NCBI RefSeq assembly: GCF_964204645.1 | Contig: NC_134035.1 | Span: 8,526,451 to 8,590,450, forward strand | Reading direction: 5' to 3' | Origin: Tubulanus polymorphus | Lineage: Eukaryota > Animalia > Nemertea | DNA length: 64,000 bases | In this document: positions 62,759 through 64,000 of the stretch, one piece after another | Layout of the letters: each line of letters begins with the position of its first letter | Position numbering within the stretch: position 1 is the first letter of the stretch | Made by a program: the position numbers and the translations under genes | Notes under the pieces: generated by a model | Told to the model about the DNA's origin: nothing | The model's input: the letters and a program-made list of their open reading frames with translations, nothing else | Database searches by the model: none

Positions 62759-62922
62759 ATGACGTCATATATCGATTTGCAAAATACTTCTTCTTCGATA
62801 AAAAGTTCGCTGATTGGTCCATTTAACGGGAAAACCATCAACGGAAGCCTAATGTCGTTTGTTACAAGCGCTGTGATTGGTACGACCGGATTCTGGTCGG
62901 CTAGTAACGACTCCAACGACTC
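62759..62922 (+). CDS. Candidate first coding exon of a glycosylated membrane protein (GPCR-like extracellular N-terminus)
   Basis: ATG-initiated S/T-rich peptide MTSYIDLQNTSSSIKSSLIGPFNGKTINGSLMSFVTSAVIGTTGFWSASNDSND with NTS, NGS and NDS sequons, ending at a consensus donor TC|GTGAGT (62923). There is an upstream in-frame stop. No downstream exon is identifiable in the window. Confidence 0.35.
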
Positions 62923-62999
62923 GTGAGTTCAAGGGGTTCGAGGAAAGGCTTTAGCCTAGTGGGTTCGAATCCCTTGACGGGTGAAGACGACGATGTAGG

Positions 63000-63126
63000 T
63001 AAACACAGAAACACAAACGTTTTACGTGTCGTCTGCGCTTATGGGAAACGGGAAACATGGTTTCGAAAAACAACGGTTCCGAAATCAAACATCTTTGATT
63101 CCGTATGTTTCCGTGTGGATGGGCCT
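63000..63126. mobile_element. Degenerate Harbinger-like MITE
   Basis: Right end TTTCCGTGTGGATGGGCCT|TAG; internal GGAAAC/GTTTCC repeats. Confidence 0.4.
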
Positions 63127-63595
63127 TAGTGTCGCTTTCGTGACCCCTGATGCCTCACCGGCAACTCCAAATATACGTAAGCACGGAAATTCTATGAACC
63201 AGCCGCACTTTAAGGACTCGGTGAAAGGTTACGAATCGTAAATGCTCACCTCGGTTGTGTGGAGTATTGAAGGTAGCGATGACGGCGCACGCACCGATGG
63301 TATGCGTCGCAGATCGCGATGTCTCAATACTCGAAAGACGTGTTAACGAGACTCGTGGGAAATGAAAATTGCGAAGCTAACCGAACAAATCACGTCTAAC
63401 GAAGCGTACTATGTGTAGTGGTGATCTCGGCTGCGAATCTCGGCCGAAATAATTTCAAACCGTACATGCGCACTATTGATTAATCCTGGGAGCTTACGCT
63501 ACATAGGGTCGACAGTGTTCCTTGCTTCCGAGTAAGCAATGAGCCGACGCTCACCAGGTGGCGTAACAATACACTCAGTTATATGTAGTGAAAAT

Positions 63596-63850
63596 TAGTT
63601 CATTTTTGATGAACTGCGAACTAGATCTTTAGGCTCCCCAAATGGAAATGTTGTTAAAAGAGTCATCACATAGATTGAGATTGACTTTCCCAATAAGTTC
63701 TTCACTGAAAATTCAGTTGATTCGAATATAACCAAAATGTAGAAGAAATTGAAGCGCGGTAACCGAGTAATCACTAGTGACACCTGGCGGATTCTCGCCT
63801 ACCATAGGTGGAATCATCGATTGCCACAGTAGCGGTGCAGGTACCCAATT
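63596..63850 (-). repeat. Repeat family E (near full length)
   Basis: Colinear with 33070-33331. Confidence 0.8.
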
Positions 63851-64000
63851 GAATTTACTTGATTCAATCGAGCAGAACGTTGATCTTCGCTAACTATACC
63901 CGAAGTCTCTGGACAGAACCGTCATGTAGACACACGGTGCCTTGACGGAAGCCCATCCATAGATCGATGACGTTCGCGATATGTTTTGGTTTCGTCAGGG

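Noticed and set aside
62545-62916. 123-aa minus-strand ORF
   Set aside because: TTG start and no motifs; better explained as the antisense shadow of the + strand candidate exon.
62026-63126. Pack-type transposon capturing the candidate exon (related Harbinger-like ends in inverted orientation)
   Set aside because: The ends match poorly, the flanks differ (TAA/TAG), and 63000-63126 appears to be a self-contained MITE.

Overview
AT-rich (roughly 60-65% AT by eye), CpG-undepleted eukaryotic DNA, most likely from an invertebrate animal. I see no prokaryotic features (no operons, rRNA or CRISPR array) and no intact multi-exon gene. The window is essentially intergenic or intronic and is dominated by short transposon relics. 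(1) A 5'-truncated Neptune-type Penelope-like retroelement (37913-39197, minus strand) carries a GIY-YIG endonuclease remnant, a ~205-bp inverted pLTR copy, two minimal hammerhead ribozymes (HHR) and a 13-bp target duplication. It is nested, together with a young 29-bp-TIR DNA element, inside one tRNA-related repeat. (2) At least eight further HHR/pLTR-derived fragments from several families occur, many as fold-back inverted pairs, including a perfect 84-bp palindrome. (3) There are many MITE families, one with tRNA-like B-box TIRs and a 9-bp TSD. (4) Degenerate LINE 3' ends, an RT-motif relic, an SGNH-hydrolase relic and a probable decayed C-type lectin domain are present, plus microsatellites. 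(5) A candidate first coding exon of a glycosylated membrane protein (GPCR-like N-terminus) lies at 62759-62922. All calls come from manual reading; no database searches were run.
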